DNA of 63,812 bases, filler included, from Sphacelaria rigidula (taxonomy: Eukaryota): the NCBI GenBank assembly GCA_964200075.2. It is 8 parts of 8 records of this genome, joined end to end, with 100 filler letters (N's around TTAATTAATTAA, not from the genome) between each part and the next. Parts side by side here need not be neighbours in the genome. Positions count along the whole stretch, not along the records: positions 7,991 to 15,880 come from CAXNAA020013087.1; positions 15,981 to 23,869 come from CAXNAA020013088.1; 6 more parts are not named here. One strand, 5' to 3'. The translations under genes and the position numbers were made by a program. A model generated the notes under the pieces. The model had not been told where the DNA came from. It was given only the letters and a program-made list of their open reading frames with translations, and ran no database searches. Shown here in pieces: positions 11,526 to 23,250 of this stretch; within the stretch, counting starts at the first letter, position 1, and every line of letters begins with the position of its first letter.

Positions 11526-14500
11526 CTACTGCATGACCCTAGGTCCTCAAGCACCTCGAGGGCAATTTCATAGCTCCGCGGTAGGCACATCGTAACAGCC
11601 CTCGTGTCGCCGACTTGGTTGTGCATGATGCGATGAAAAAGCCCCGGCTCACTCTTGTCGCAGGGCCAACCTTTTGCCCTACTGGACGATGACGCCCAGA
11701 CGCCTCGGCCAGCCCGTGCACAGCTCACGAGACAGACGTCGTCTTCCAAGGAGAGTCCAAGGGGTTGATGTCCGTGCGCTTTCTGTATCCAGGAATCCAG
11801 CCATTCGCGGCTCTGATGTCTTACGTCAACCGCTACTTCACGTTTGGCCTTCGTCACGCGATCCCATTTATTCCCCACAAGCACCACGTTCGCATCGGGC
11901 ACACGGAAAGTCAAATACCTTAGCCAAGGAGCAATGGCGAGATCTTCAAGGTTCAAGGTATCCATCTCGCTGGCTCTCTCCGCATCCCATACCAAAAGGT
12001 ATACAGCACGAGGGGTGAGAAACAGCTGGAGCAGTCCGTAGTAGACAACCTATCGAATGGTCGCAGTCGAGGGTCATGAACACGTAGAGAGGTTTACATG
12101 AGTGGAAGCGTGGTGTCAAGTGACATGAGCTAAGCCATAGGGTGCGGGCTCATAAGAAACGCAACCACGTTGAAATAATGCCGGGGTCCGAGATACATTG
12201 AGATAACAATCATTGTCATAATTATGTCGCCGTAAGAGTGACCCGACTTTGGCACGATACTGAACTTCGAACCGACAATATCGCCTGCGGGCTGCATGTT
12301 TCTTAACAGCAATGAGGGGAACAAGTAGAACCCATTGGTGATGAGTCCAACGAAACAGTTCCCGATATACGCAAAAGGGTACCAACGGCAGCGAATCCAC
12401 TTCAAGTGGATCTGAAAACCTTTTGCCACTACTGTAATCGAAGGTCATGTGACAGGCCGCGAGAAACGTGCTGCGGCAAGTAGCCATCTCAATATTTCGC
12501 CTCGGTGAATATCACAGAACGGCAAATGAGAATGTACGTCGACCTATCATCACGTAAGCGGACCGACCGGGTCAACTAAGCGCGGCATAAAAAAAATATA
12601 CAACATGACAAAACATTTGCCTCACCTGACCGGCACAATCAAACATCCGAATCGGATGACCATCGACTTCGTGGTCTTCAACATCCACGTGGACTGTGCT
12701 ATCCTCACCACCCTTTCTTGTCGTGTATGGCTTCCCGGTCTTGATGCTGTGACGTAGACTGCGGCAGTGCATGCAGGGCATGACATGCGTCAAAAAGGCT
12801 TCATTCACTTCACATCAATGCCCACAGCGCCCGGTCCAAGTAGATATTTTAAGCCTATAACGTCCAGTCCTAATCTCATCTAGCCGTGAAGTGACCTCAA
12901 GTGATTTTTTTTTGTGAAAACAACAAGGTTGCTCAGAAGCACTGGAAAAAATCGACCCCGCCGTGCCGCGGGAATGGAAATGTGTGTTGGTTCGAAGGCG
13001 TGTCCCTGAAGGGCATGGTTCTAGCGTCTTAGACGCAATGTTCTGCCAAGCAACGGATTCGCTCTCACAGCACAACCAAGTCCATACAGCACGGTCGTTT
13101 CGTGACTTATGAATGGGGTTAGAACTGGGGTGGGCAAATGGCGGTAACATTATTCCGCTGTACCGATTGCGTGTAAAAAATAAATGGAGAGCCGAAGAAA
13201 TGGTGATTTCGTACCTTGTCTTGCCAACAGTCTCCTTCCCAATGATGACAACCTTAAGTGGTCGGACCACAGTGGAAGTTCCGTCCCTGAAGACGGCTTC
13301 GAAGTACTCTCTCACCGACGGCAGACCACCCATCACGATTGACTCGGGAGGGTGCTCCCACTGGTTTGGATCAAGATGTAAAGCAGGAATCCCCTCGAAA
13401 CGGTCAAGAAGAGAGGCCAATGCCACCGGAAGAATACCTAAAGAATGCCGAGAAGGAACGCGGGACACACGGCCGGGCGGAAACATGAAAATCACGTTGT
13501 TCGCGGCCGAGACGGGGTGCATCCCACACGACCGATGCCTCCATGTCGTCCAGGTTGTCCACCCTTCATGTCTACACTGCATGGTTGCAGTTAGGAAGGA
13601 GCTGTAACGCCTCGTAAAAAGCTCAGGTCGGAACTTCATTTAATGGCTACTGACAATCCAAAATATCTTTCCGATCAGGCACTAGGAAATACTTGGTGCG
13701 ATTTCATCCATTCGGGCAGCGTTGCGTCAACCACGTCGACAAACACGCACGAAACAAAAATGCCGCGCTGGATAGTCGCGTGACATTCCTTTACGAATCG
13801 TAAGGGCAGATGAGGTCAGGCTACCTGTTATCAGCACGCCAAGCGAGGCATGGAGACTTTAAACATATTCCCTTATCACCTCCATGCTTTCTCCAAGAAC
13901 GGAGCAGGCATACAACACCACGTCCAAAAATAGTCTACATTTATAACCCAAGCTCGCGAGTTCGCAAGTTTGACGCAGTCCTGCAAACCAAACGATAAAC
14001 GAGAGTGCGGTAGCATATCGCACACATCCGTCCCCATGCAACGCACCTACATGCCGAGAATCATCATCGTCGAGTGCACCATCCAGCCCACCTGGTCGGG
14101 CTGTCATTGACCCAGCCTGGTCATGTCGAAGCGTCGGCCACAGCCCTGCATGAACAGCGGCGTGATTGCCAGACACTAAGCAGTGGGAGACCTTTAATAG
14201 GAAACGAGTACAAATCTACTGAGCTTCAAGAGGGAAAACTTTGATCCAGTACAATCCCCGAATGGCCTGCAGGCAACACTGGCTCAACCCCATGTGGTCT
14301 GCCATCTACCCAAGGTTGATATTCACACGGCCTATTGTCGCCAAGTTTCTGGTGCAGGTACACGGTGACCGTTTGCATCATTCGGATCATAAACAGAGAG
14401 AAGATTCGAGAAGGAGCCAACCGCAAGTTCACAAATCAACGGTTCCATGCATGCGTCCCGCCAAAGCCGTGGGTAAAGTTGATCAAATTCCTCAAGTAGA

Positions 14501-15754
14501 GGTAAAGCTGTGGTAAGTTGCCCAGCAGACCGACGGACGCAGGAGTTTTGACTCCATGGCATTGGAAACGGGCGAAGATGGAAGTACATCACATAGCCCC
14601 ATTGTATGGAGTTCGACTACCGCCCCTGTTCCTGGACAAGTCAATTTGTCCCAGAGACTCACCGCTTAGCTGATTGTTAGAGAGGCGAAGCTTCATCAGG
14701 TTGCCCAGCTGACCAAGCGACGCGGGAACCACGCCTGCATGGCATTGGAAACGGGCGTGGATTAAAGTAGTTCAGGTTTCCTACCATTTCTACAAACGTA
14801 TACCGCCCACCGGTAGACGGGAAACAGTCCTAGAAGACATGAACAGACTCACTCGAGCCTTTTGTGTCGAGTTCAACTTCCGCCCCAATCCCATAAACAT
14901 TGAGTTGTCCAGGGGACTCACCGCTCAGCTGGTTGTTGGAGAGGTCAAGCTTTTCCACCTTGCCCAGCTGACCAAGCGACGCGGGAACCACGCCTGCATG
15001 GCATTGGAAACGGGCGTGGATTAAAGAAGTTCAGGTTTCCCACCATTTGTACAAACGTATACCGCTCACCGGTAGACGGGAAACAGCCCTAGAAGACACG
15101 AGTAGACTCACTCGAGCCTCTTGTGTCGAGTTCAACTTCTGCCCCAATCCCATAAACATTGAGTTGTCCAGGGGACTCACCGCTCAGCTGGTTGTTGGAG
15201 AGGTCAAGTGTTTGCACCTCTCTCAGGTGACCAAGCGACGCGGGAATATCGCCTGCATGGCATTGGAAACGGGCGTGAATGGAAGTACATCAGGTTTTTC
15301 ACCGTTTCTATAAAGTGTCCTGCCGACCCGTGGGCGGGACACAGTTCTACAAGACATCAACGAGACCCAGCTTGACACCATTGTGTGGAGTTTGAATACT
15401 GCTCCTACACCCATACACGTTCATATATCAAAGGGACTCACCGCTCAGCTGGTTGTTTGAGAGATCAAGCTTTTCCACCTTTCCCAGCTGACCAAACGAC
15501 GCGGGAATTTTGCCTGCTTGGCATTGGGAACGGGTGTTCATGGAAATACATCAGGTATTTCACCTTTCTGAAGATGTATCCGGCCTACCCAACGGCATCA
15601 ACGGGGCCCAATTTGACACTACTGTGTGTAGTTCGATTTCTGCCCCTTCTCCCATACACGTTAGTTTGTCCAAGGTACTCACCGCTCAGCTTGTTGTTGT
15701 AGAGATCGAGCATTTCCATGTTACCCAGCTGACCAAGCGACGCGGGAATTTCCC
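11526..15754 (-). CDS. ROCO protein (LRR-ROC GTPase), partial multi-exon gene
   Basis: Exons in consistent phase: LRR 15683-15754, 15442-15513, 15181-15252, 14922-14993, 14663-14734; then 13215-13437 (LRR cap NQWEHPP + P-loop GKETVGKT/S), 12626-12758 (STVHV...FDCAGQ) and 11526-12049 (YYGLLQLFLTPRAVYLLVWD...VLVGNKWD). All GT-AG. The 5' exons and the COR exons lie outside the contig. Confidence 0.93.
14480..14551 (-). pseudogene. Degenerate LRR pseudo-exon in a ROCO intron
   Basis: Reads VKTPASVGLLGNLPQLYLYLRNLI; the acceptor is mutated to GGAG, there is no GT donor at the 72-nt position, and read-through hits TGA. Confidence 0.75.
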
Positions 15755-15800
15755 CTGCAGGATGTTGGACACGGGCGTGGATTGAAGTACATCAGGTGTC
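14480..15800 (-). repeat. Tandem array of LRR exon+intron units (periods 259, 259, 261 and 241 bp, plus a 183-bp step to a degenerate unit)
   Basis: Each unit is a 72-nt exon encoding GxxPASLGxLxxxxxLxLxNNxLS followed by an intron; intron sequences are alignable between units. Confidence 0.95.
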
Positions 15801-16765
15801 TAACCGTTCCAAGGGTCGGACAAATAATGATTCGTCTGGAAATTACTTGGTTTTAGTATCATGAGTCGACTCGTGACGAANNNNNNNNNNNNNNNNNNNN
15901 NNNNNNNNNNNNNNNNNNNNNNNNTTAATTAATTAANNNNNNNNNNNNNNNNNNNNNNNNNNNNNNNNNNNNNNNNNNNNAGCTTTTTGATGTTTAGCTT
16001 GGCTTCTGCTGGGGGCAGTTCGATACTTAGCATCTTCGTGAGGGGGTAGGGGGGGGGGGGCTAATCTACCCAGCTTACCCAAAGTGGCCGTTGTTGTACT
16101 GTTGTCATCACTTTTTTGTTCACCGGGGCACGGGGGGAGTGGCAAATGTCAGAGCAAAAGCTGAAAAAATGCGACAAACTGTACAGAGTCTTTGGGCGGT
16201 TAAATTGTACGAGTCTCACACGGTGGTTCCTCATGACTACGAGACCCTGCAGGACGTCGATTACTACTCCACGCTCTCCGCACAATAGCCCGATCTCGGG
16301 AAAGCCGTGGTTACGGGCGAAGACTCAACTTTCCAGTACTGTCACAACTATTCCTTACAGGAGATAGAAACGCTTATTGAGCGGCTTCTTCTGAGACGGC
16401 GAAAACAAACCGAACAAGAACACGAAAAAGACAAGACGCCAACAGCACACAGGAGAACATACCTTCCCCCCGTAATATATGTAAAAGGTTCTAGTATCAT
16501 GTATGGAAGAAATGTTGCAGGTCTCTATTAGGAGTAAGAGCGGTAATCCCCCTCAAAAGGGATGCGTGGTCAAAGGTCAAACGACAAGGGCAAACGACAA
16601 ATGAGTACCCCCCCCCCCCCTCCCGCTCCGTCTTGAAATGGACGCATGGTCAATGGTCAAATGACTGAGGTAAACGGCAAATGAGAACGCCCCCCCCCCT
16701 CTCCCAATCGCTAGCCGGCGTAAAAGCTTACTCTTACAAACCCTTCAAGAGGTTCATGAAAGGGA

Positions 16766-16880
16766 GGGGGGGGGTGTACTCATGATCATGCATGCCGTAG
16801 TCATAAAAACCATTGACGTCGCATCCCTACAAAGCCAGGACGGAGCAATCCGGGTTTTCGCCGGACCAGGCTGGGGGGGT
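16766..16880 (+). repeat. Copy of a high-copy G-run-bounded dispersed repeat
   Basis: GGGGGGTGTACTCATGATCATGCATGCC...CCCTACAAAGCC; other copies near 23970, 28505-28630, 39776, 40012, 47655, 55755, 56295, 63463 and 63760. Confidence 0.85.
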
Positions 16881-16890
16881 GATGTGTAAA

Positions 16891-17248
16891 ACACCATTTA
16901 TGTGTTGTCGTCCCATCTATTCTGGACGCCGGTCTACACCTTTCGGTATATGTGGGCGCACCAGCCGGGGTCACACACGGGAAAGGTCAACACAGGAGTT
17001 TTTTCCTCCCTGTTTTTAGCGCTTCACCTTCCTTCTGCGGTGCCTACCTTTATTTTTCATCGCAAGAGGAGTTCAGCAGTCCCTTTTCCTCGTCGACCGT
17101 TCAGTCAAATTTTGTGCACCCACGACATAGTCGCTCTCCACTGTTGGGCACTGTGTGAGAAAAAATCGCAGATCGCTCCGAGATTTGAACCCACGACCCA
17201 ACCGTCAGAGGGTTTCGAGGTTACCAACTGAGCCACCGGGGCGACCGG
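16891..17248 (-). mobile_element. tRNA-derived SINE
   Basis: Head on the minus strand has A-box TGGCTCAGTTGG and B-box GGTTCAAATC, followed by a body shared with 25897-26530. Confidence 0.8.
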
Positions 17249-17739
17249 TTTTTAGTACATAAAAGGGGCAAATTCCCACAGGTGTCTATCAAGGGATCAC
17301 CTTTCACATTTGAGCCGATTTGGGGCACGCGAATTACGGACAAGCTTCGGTTTCAATCTCTCTAAAAAGCGAGAGCAGAAGTTGGCAACCCATGTGATTG
17401 ATCGATTGATGATGGTTGATTGTTGCACTTTAACTGACCCTCCAGGGGTCCAGCCGTGGTCGTATGATGGACGTACCTAAGAAAACCAAAGCTGAAACAC
17501 TTGCTGAAGAAAAGAAGGAGCAGAAAATAATATATATGTACATATCGATTAGAGTCGACGGGCGGCAAGAGTGGTCATTATCCATTGCTCTGCAACAAAG
17601 TGCAGGGAGAGTAATGGAGATAAGATGCTTGTGCTTCTCGAGACTACAGACTTGTCCTAAAGAAGGGCACAGGCAGGGGTGTTGAAAGTACAACACAAAA
17701 TACAAGTGCGTCCCCATGCTTGGCAGTAAGCTGGCTTAC

Positions 17740-19029
17740 CCTGTCCGTCTCGGGCATCGTAGAGACCACAGACTTGTCTAGAGCTTCGTCCACAAGGATC
17801 TTCTGTGTGCCCAAGTACCTGCTCAATCAAAACCGACGTAGTGGATCACGCAGTCAGTTGTAGATGAACGGACGGGGTATTGACGCATATGCAAGGTGCT
17901 GCTACAATCAGTACGTTACTCAACTAGACTTGTGTAAAGGATCTTCAGGTGGTAGTTGGGAAAGTGAGGGGGCAGCAGATGGGTCCAACTCCCGAGCATC
18001 TGTGCAGCCAATGGTGTCACTATGAAAATCTTCAACAGCAGCAACAACACACGGTTTCAGGTCCAGAGCGAACGCGACCAGAGAACCTCGGAGAAGTTAT
18101 TTCCGCGTCTGTTCTTGGTTCCCAAATCCCTCAATGGCGATGGGGGCGTACTCGTTTGTTGCTTGCCTTAGTCGTTCAACCATTGACCACGCATACCTTT
18201 CGAGACGGAGCAGACTGTGCATTTGAAGGAATGACGGGAATGCGACACGATCCTGTCGACTAAAACTCTCGGCCACCTCGTGAGCTAATGCAGTCTGCGT
18301 GCCTCAATGCGGGGACAGAGCCCCAGACATCCCCCATTCAAAATTTCCTTTCAAAAGCTGGACCCGAACATCGGCTTTCCGCCACTGGTGGCGGAAGTTG
18401 TAGCTGACTCTATCAAGAGCTCGTTGAACAAAAAGGACTCTCGGGAAACAACAATATTCCCACTCTAAACATCGCGAACCGACGGTGACCACGCGAACCC
18501 TCCATCGAACCACAGAACTTTCGGGCGAGGTTGTGGAATAAGTGTCAGCGATCTACCTACATGCACTGGCAACGTACAGTCTTCGAAGTTAGATCGCAAT
18601 GGCTCGCACCTATTCGCCCGAAAACTGTCCAGATATACCTCATCGTTCTGTATGCCCATGAACGGACTGTCGGCCACACCGTCCGATTTCTTGGCGATCA
18701 ATGGATCAGAAGCGCAACGGTGGAATATACTCGCGTGTATCGAGTAGACGTAGGATGGGGGAAAGGCACAACATCTACATGCAAACTCACGTCTTGAGGT
18801 CGAAGTCTGTGGCCGCCGCCGAGCATCGCAGTGTCGACGCCGGAGCAACAGCGGACCGCCCACATATCCGGGAAGTGTCTGTTGCTCCCGCGAATGAAGA
18901 AGCCGCGACCGTTCTAAGGCTAGCCGTGGCTGACGTGTGTGACGCAACGAACGCTGTGGCCGGGGAAGAGACCAGCAGGCACGATAACACCGCGGCCAGA
19001 GCCATTGCCGACCTAGCTGTGGTCCTCAT
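17740..19029 (-). CDS. crtE: Plastid-targeted geranylgeranyl diphosphate synthase (CrtE/GGPPS-like), first two exons
   Basis: Exon 18791-19029 encodes a signal peptide with ATA|FV cleavage (ASAF-type motif) plus a Ser/Thr/Ala-rich transit peptide. It splices in phase to exon 17740-17818, giving FDLKTYLGTQKILVDEALDKSV...PETDR, which resembles the CrtE N-terminus. The catalytic exons are absent from the contig. Confidence 0.7.
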
Positions 19030-19428
19030 GGTGGGCGTTGATTCTTGTTTTTCGAGCTGAGGTTACTGAAAGAAGGTAGGGGTGGCATACGGGCATCGGT
19101 GTGTGATGAGTGATGTATCGTGCGTCACTACTGATGCACTGAATATCCAGAGAGTCTCGCCGTCAAACGGGTTGGCCTCGATCTATAGGTCGTCGCACCT
19201 CTTCTCGGAACAACACTGACGGCTGACGGCTGACCCCAACGCCGCTTACTCTGACTGTTAAATTGACTGATTGGCGCACAAAAACTCAATTTGATATCAC
19301 CCGCTACGTATCCAGCGTGGTCTCAAGATGGACGTACGTGAAGTGAATGAACGGGAGCACATGCTAGTAGAAACTTGAGAAAAGCGGGGGGAAAAAAAAC
19401 GGGAAAGGGGGGGAAGAGGGAAAACATT

Positions 19429-19468
19429 GGGAAAGGAAAGGAAAGGAAAGGAAAGGAAAGGAAAGGAA
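19429..19468. repeat. (GGAAA)n microsatellite
   Basis: Direct reading. Confidence 0.9.
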
Positions 19469-19819
19469 AAAGGACCGCCAGGGAAACATCTAGTACCGGT
19501 CCCTAGAAAACTACGACAGCCTCCCACTAGAGCTCCGGGAGAGGATGCCGGACAAAAAGCAGTGCGGTAGAAGCAGGCTGCCATCCACAATGACCACACA
19601 CGTGTATTTCGTGGTTCCGGACTGCCATGTAGTATTGCTCAACCAAGCAGTGGTCTTCAGCATGTCTCAGTGGTATTTTTGGGGTTCGTTTGGCTGGGTG
19701 TCGGACCCAAGGGTTCAAATTCCTCAGAAAAAAATCAGGAACGTCTCGTCAAATTGCAATTACCAGACTGCCTGTCAGTTTCACGTAGTGTCCGTACAGT
19801 TCGGTAGTAAACCATTTAA

Positions 19820-20063
19820 CCCTTTTGGAGCCGTTGATGGAAAAGTGACGATTTACAAATTCCCACATGCGAGCATTCGTCACCCGGAAAACGTCACTTG
19901 GAGTTCGGTGCACGAATCTGTCACATTAGTATACTTGAACTTGGAGTGGTGCACCGTTTCGGTGGGCTGCATCATCAACACTTGCAGAAAAATAACAACC
20001 ATATCTTGCCCAAGGAAACGTAAATTGTAAATCGTCACATTTCCATCCACGGTTGCACGAAGG
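19820..20063. mobile_element. piggyBac-like MITE
   Basis: TTAA on both sides (19816-19819, 20064-20067); imperfect TIRs CCCTTTTGGAGCCGTTGATGGAAAAGTGACGATTTACAA / TTGTAAATCGTCACATTTCCATCCACGGTTGCACGAAGG. Confidence 0.75.
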
Positions 20064-21798
20064 TTAAGCGCCCGCAGATGGACGCCGTAGTCTAGCAGCC
20101 ATATTTCAAGTGGATATGGTGCCGTCACAATACATTAACTTACCTAGCCGGTCAAAGGGTCTACGAGTTCACGTCACTACAGTACAGGGACGTATACCAG
20201 AGTCGGGACTACAACGTATCTTTGCTATAGGGGCCTGGAAGGCTCGTTTCGTGGCACGGGTAGAGATCACAGTCCGTATACCCAGGATTGCGATAGCCGG
20301 AGCACACGCGGTACGACGTGTTTAGGGCGAGAGCACTTGCAATCCTAAATCAACACTCTCAGGGACCCAGGCTTGAGAAAACACAATCCGTTTCTCTCAA
20401 TGAACTTCGTCCAGCAAAAAATAGACATGGTTAGTAGATACAACAGGAGGAGGAAGCGTAAATTCCGTTAGTTTCTGGTCCGCCACGTATCGTACCCCAT
20501 ATTTTTGGCTCTTTTCTTAAGGGGTGGCATGTCTCTCGGTTCGTGTACATGTCCCTCCCCACCCTCCCCATCCCCTTGCAGGGATGTCGATTGCCGCTGG
20601 TGGGACCCATGACCTACCGTAAATTACCGCAAAATCAGGGATGATTTCGGACTATCCCCGGGTTTCCACTGTTTCTACATAGTAGCCTCTTCATTCCTCG
20701 ATTCCTGACTCCTCACCTCCTCACAGACTTCTGTAAACTCATCCCTTATAAGCTACCTGTGTATTTTACGTGAGTGCATGAGATCTTCCTTGCAGTCTCA
20801 CCGCTTGTGATCGCGTGCGATCATGGTTGACTTTCCCCGTGTCTCACACTTTCACGCAACTCTCAGTGTCTTCGTCCCTGCTTCGAAAGCACAAAACCAC
20901 ATCAAAATATTCACATATGAAAACATTCAAACGCAGTTGCCCCCGATTACCGCGGATTTCTCAGTTACCCCCCCTCCCCTCCCCACGGTGTTACCGCTAT
21001 TAGTTTCATGATTATATCCGCACATTAGCCTAATCTCTCGAACCCGTGGTCACAGACGTAGGCTCGTCTTCCCTGTACTGACCCTGCTATTCCTTACAAG
21101 GGATGGAGCTGTCATTGTTTCGTCTGAGACTCCAACACAAGACCAAATAGCAACAATAAGAGAGACAAGAGAACATAAGAGAAGTACATTTTCCTCGAGT
21201 TGATGGTCAAGTATAAACAAACCTACCAGATCTACTAATAAAGTATACAGAAGAAATACAAACAGAAAAGACAAGAAGGATTAAAATGGCCACCAAGCGA
21301 AGGTCAAATCAACAACCCCAGGCACTCTCACAAACACCAAAGCTGTTCGGAAGACAGCAGATGCTCATTACCAGTCTACAGATGATCGGCATCGCTGACG
21401 TTTTGCTTTCTGGTCGAAAACTACTATACGAACAGTTCTTGTGAAGGCTTTCGCAAGCAGCTGCATAAGCTCCAGGAATGGACTAATCCTTTGATACAAA
21501 CCCCTTATACGATGCCGCGCGGTCTCCACGTAAACTCGGAAAATTGGTGTTTTTTATGAACATGGCATCCGATCTTTCTGGCGCGCGGTCAGCTCGTACA
21601 TACCTCTCGAAAACAGGCTACATGCTCCGAGTCCAGTAACATACTATGAACCTTAACCAACTTCAGGTCCAGACGTCCGGCTACATCTCGTAGTCTATGC
21701 TTAGGATTTGGAGTAGAGCATTTATTGATCTAGTTAAAGTGAGACCTCCAACATCTACCTACTCCTCTCCGACAATTTCGACTTTCAAAAACAAAATT

Positions 21799-23250
21799 CA
21801 GGGGCCTACCCGTTACACGTGCCACAACGTTACACATTACGTTTGGCCGAAACGAAACGTGAACGTAGCGATAAATTTGAAAATGATACGTTCACGTAAC
21901 GTTCAACTTTTTCAACGTACCAAAGGAAACGTAACGTAAACGTTGAATTGTTCAAACGTTCAAAACACGTACCATGAAACGTTTCACTGAACGTAGCGAT
22001 AAATTTTCAAACGAAACGTTCTGACGTAACATTATTTTTTTCAACGTGCCAAACGAAACGTAACGTGAACGTTAAATTGTCCAAACGTTCAAAACACGTA
22101 CCATGAAACGTTTAATGGAACGTGTAACGTCGAGTACACGTTACATGAAGCGGTGCACACTTCAAGCTTGCAATAATTTTGAAATCCTAGAAGACACAGT
22201 AACCACTACACAACGGTGTCCGTACAGGTTGTACTTGCAACCTTGTACAGCTGTATTTCCGACTACAGGCTATGCTCTGCAAGCACAGTATAATAGAGCA
22301 AGGTTACAAGTACAGGCCGTCCTCGCGAACACAGTACGAGGTGGTTGCTGTACTTCGCAAATACAACAGACGATAGTAGTACAGGATACAAACACCATGT
22401 ACTTTGCACACACCGTAGTACGAGGTAGTCGATCACTTGTTCGTGACAACGGAAGGCAGGCTCACATTTGGCAGCGGGGATGTCGGCAATGTCTTTAGTG
22501 CTACACCGTCTTGACTGTAAGGTTCAAGGCTACATGCAGATGCATGCACATGGTAGTGCATGCAGATGCAGATGATACGACTTCAGCCTGCACCACGGTT
22601 CACATGCAGGCTCTACTTTATTTACAAACACCCGTAACCGTCTCAGAAGAGAAAAAAAAGTGGGCTCCCAAATAAAAAAAAAACGACGCAAGATCGGTTA
22701 TAATAAAAGGTGTGGGTGGATTCTTATTTCTCCCCCACATGGGGAAATATAATTTCCCCACTACATAAATGCATTGATTACCTGGACCGCGGAGTAAACC
22801 TGACATACCTCACGTTACAAGGGAAGGTCGAGTAGAGTATATTCACTACTCAGTATTTTCGGACAGTCATATTTTTAGTACTCAATTTTTGAGTAGAGTA
22901 TTTGAGGTCGTACTCAAGTGATACTCTATACCCAAGTATTACTGAGAGTGCTTACTCAAAATATGAGGAGAATATTTCAGGTGGTACTCGATCTAATCAA
23001 AATTTGATTATTGAGGTCATACCCAAGTGATACTCTATACTCAAGTATTACTAAGAGTGCTTGCTCAAACTTCGAGTAGAGTAAATATTCAAATATTTTA
23101 CTCGAGCATTCAAAAGTACATACTCTACTCGACCTGCCCTTAAAACGTTTCATATTACGTTACATATAACGAAACGTGAACGTAACGATATATGTTTTCA
23201 ACGTGATGAACGTAAACTGGACGTGAAAAGGTGTAACGTGTAGACCCCTG
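21799..23250. mobile_element. hAT-like non-autonomous element with ACGT-rich subterminal repeats
   Basis: Ends CAGGGGCCTAC...GTAGACCCCTG; dense AACGT/ACGTT arrays; same family as 48222-49406 in opposite orientation; TSD degraded. Confidence 0.75.
22818..23142. mobile_element. hAT-like MITE (GAGTAGAGTA subterminal repeats) nested in the previous element
   Basis: TIRs CAAGGGAAGGTCGAGTAGAG...CTCTACTCGACCTGCCCTTA; same family as 40629-41768. Confidence 0.8.

Noticed and set aside
17170-17248. tRNA gene
   Set aside because: A/B boxes are present, but there is no convincing cloverleaf and it is attached to a repeated body: a SINE head.
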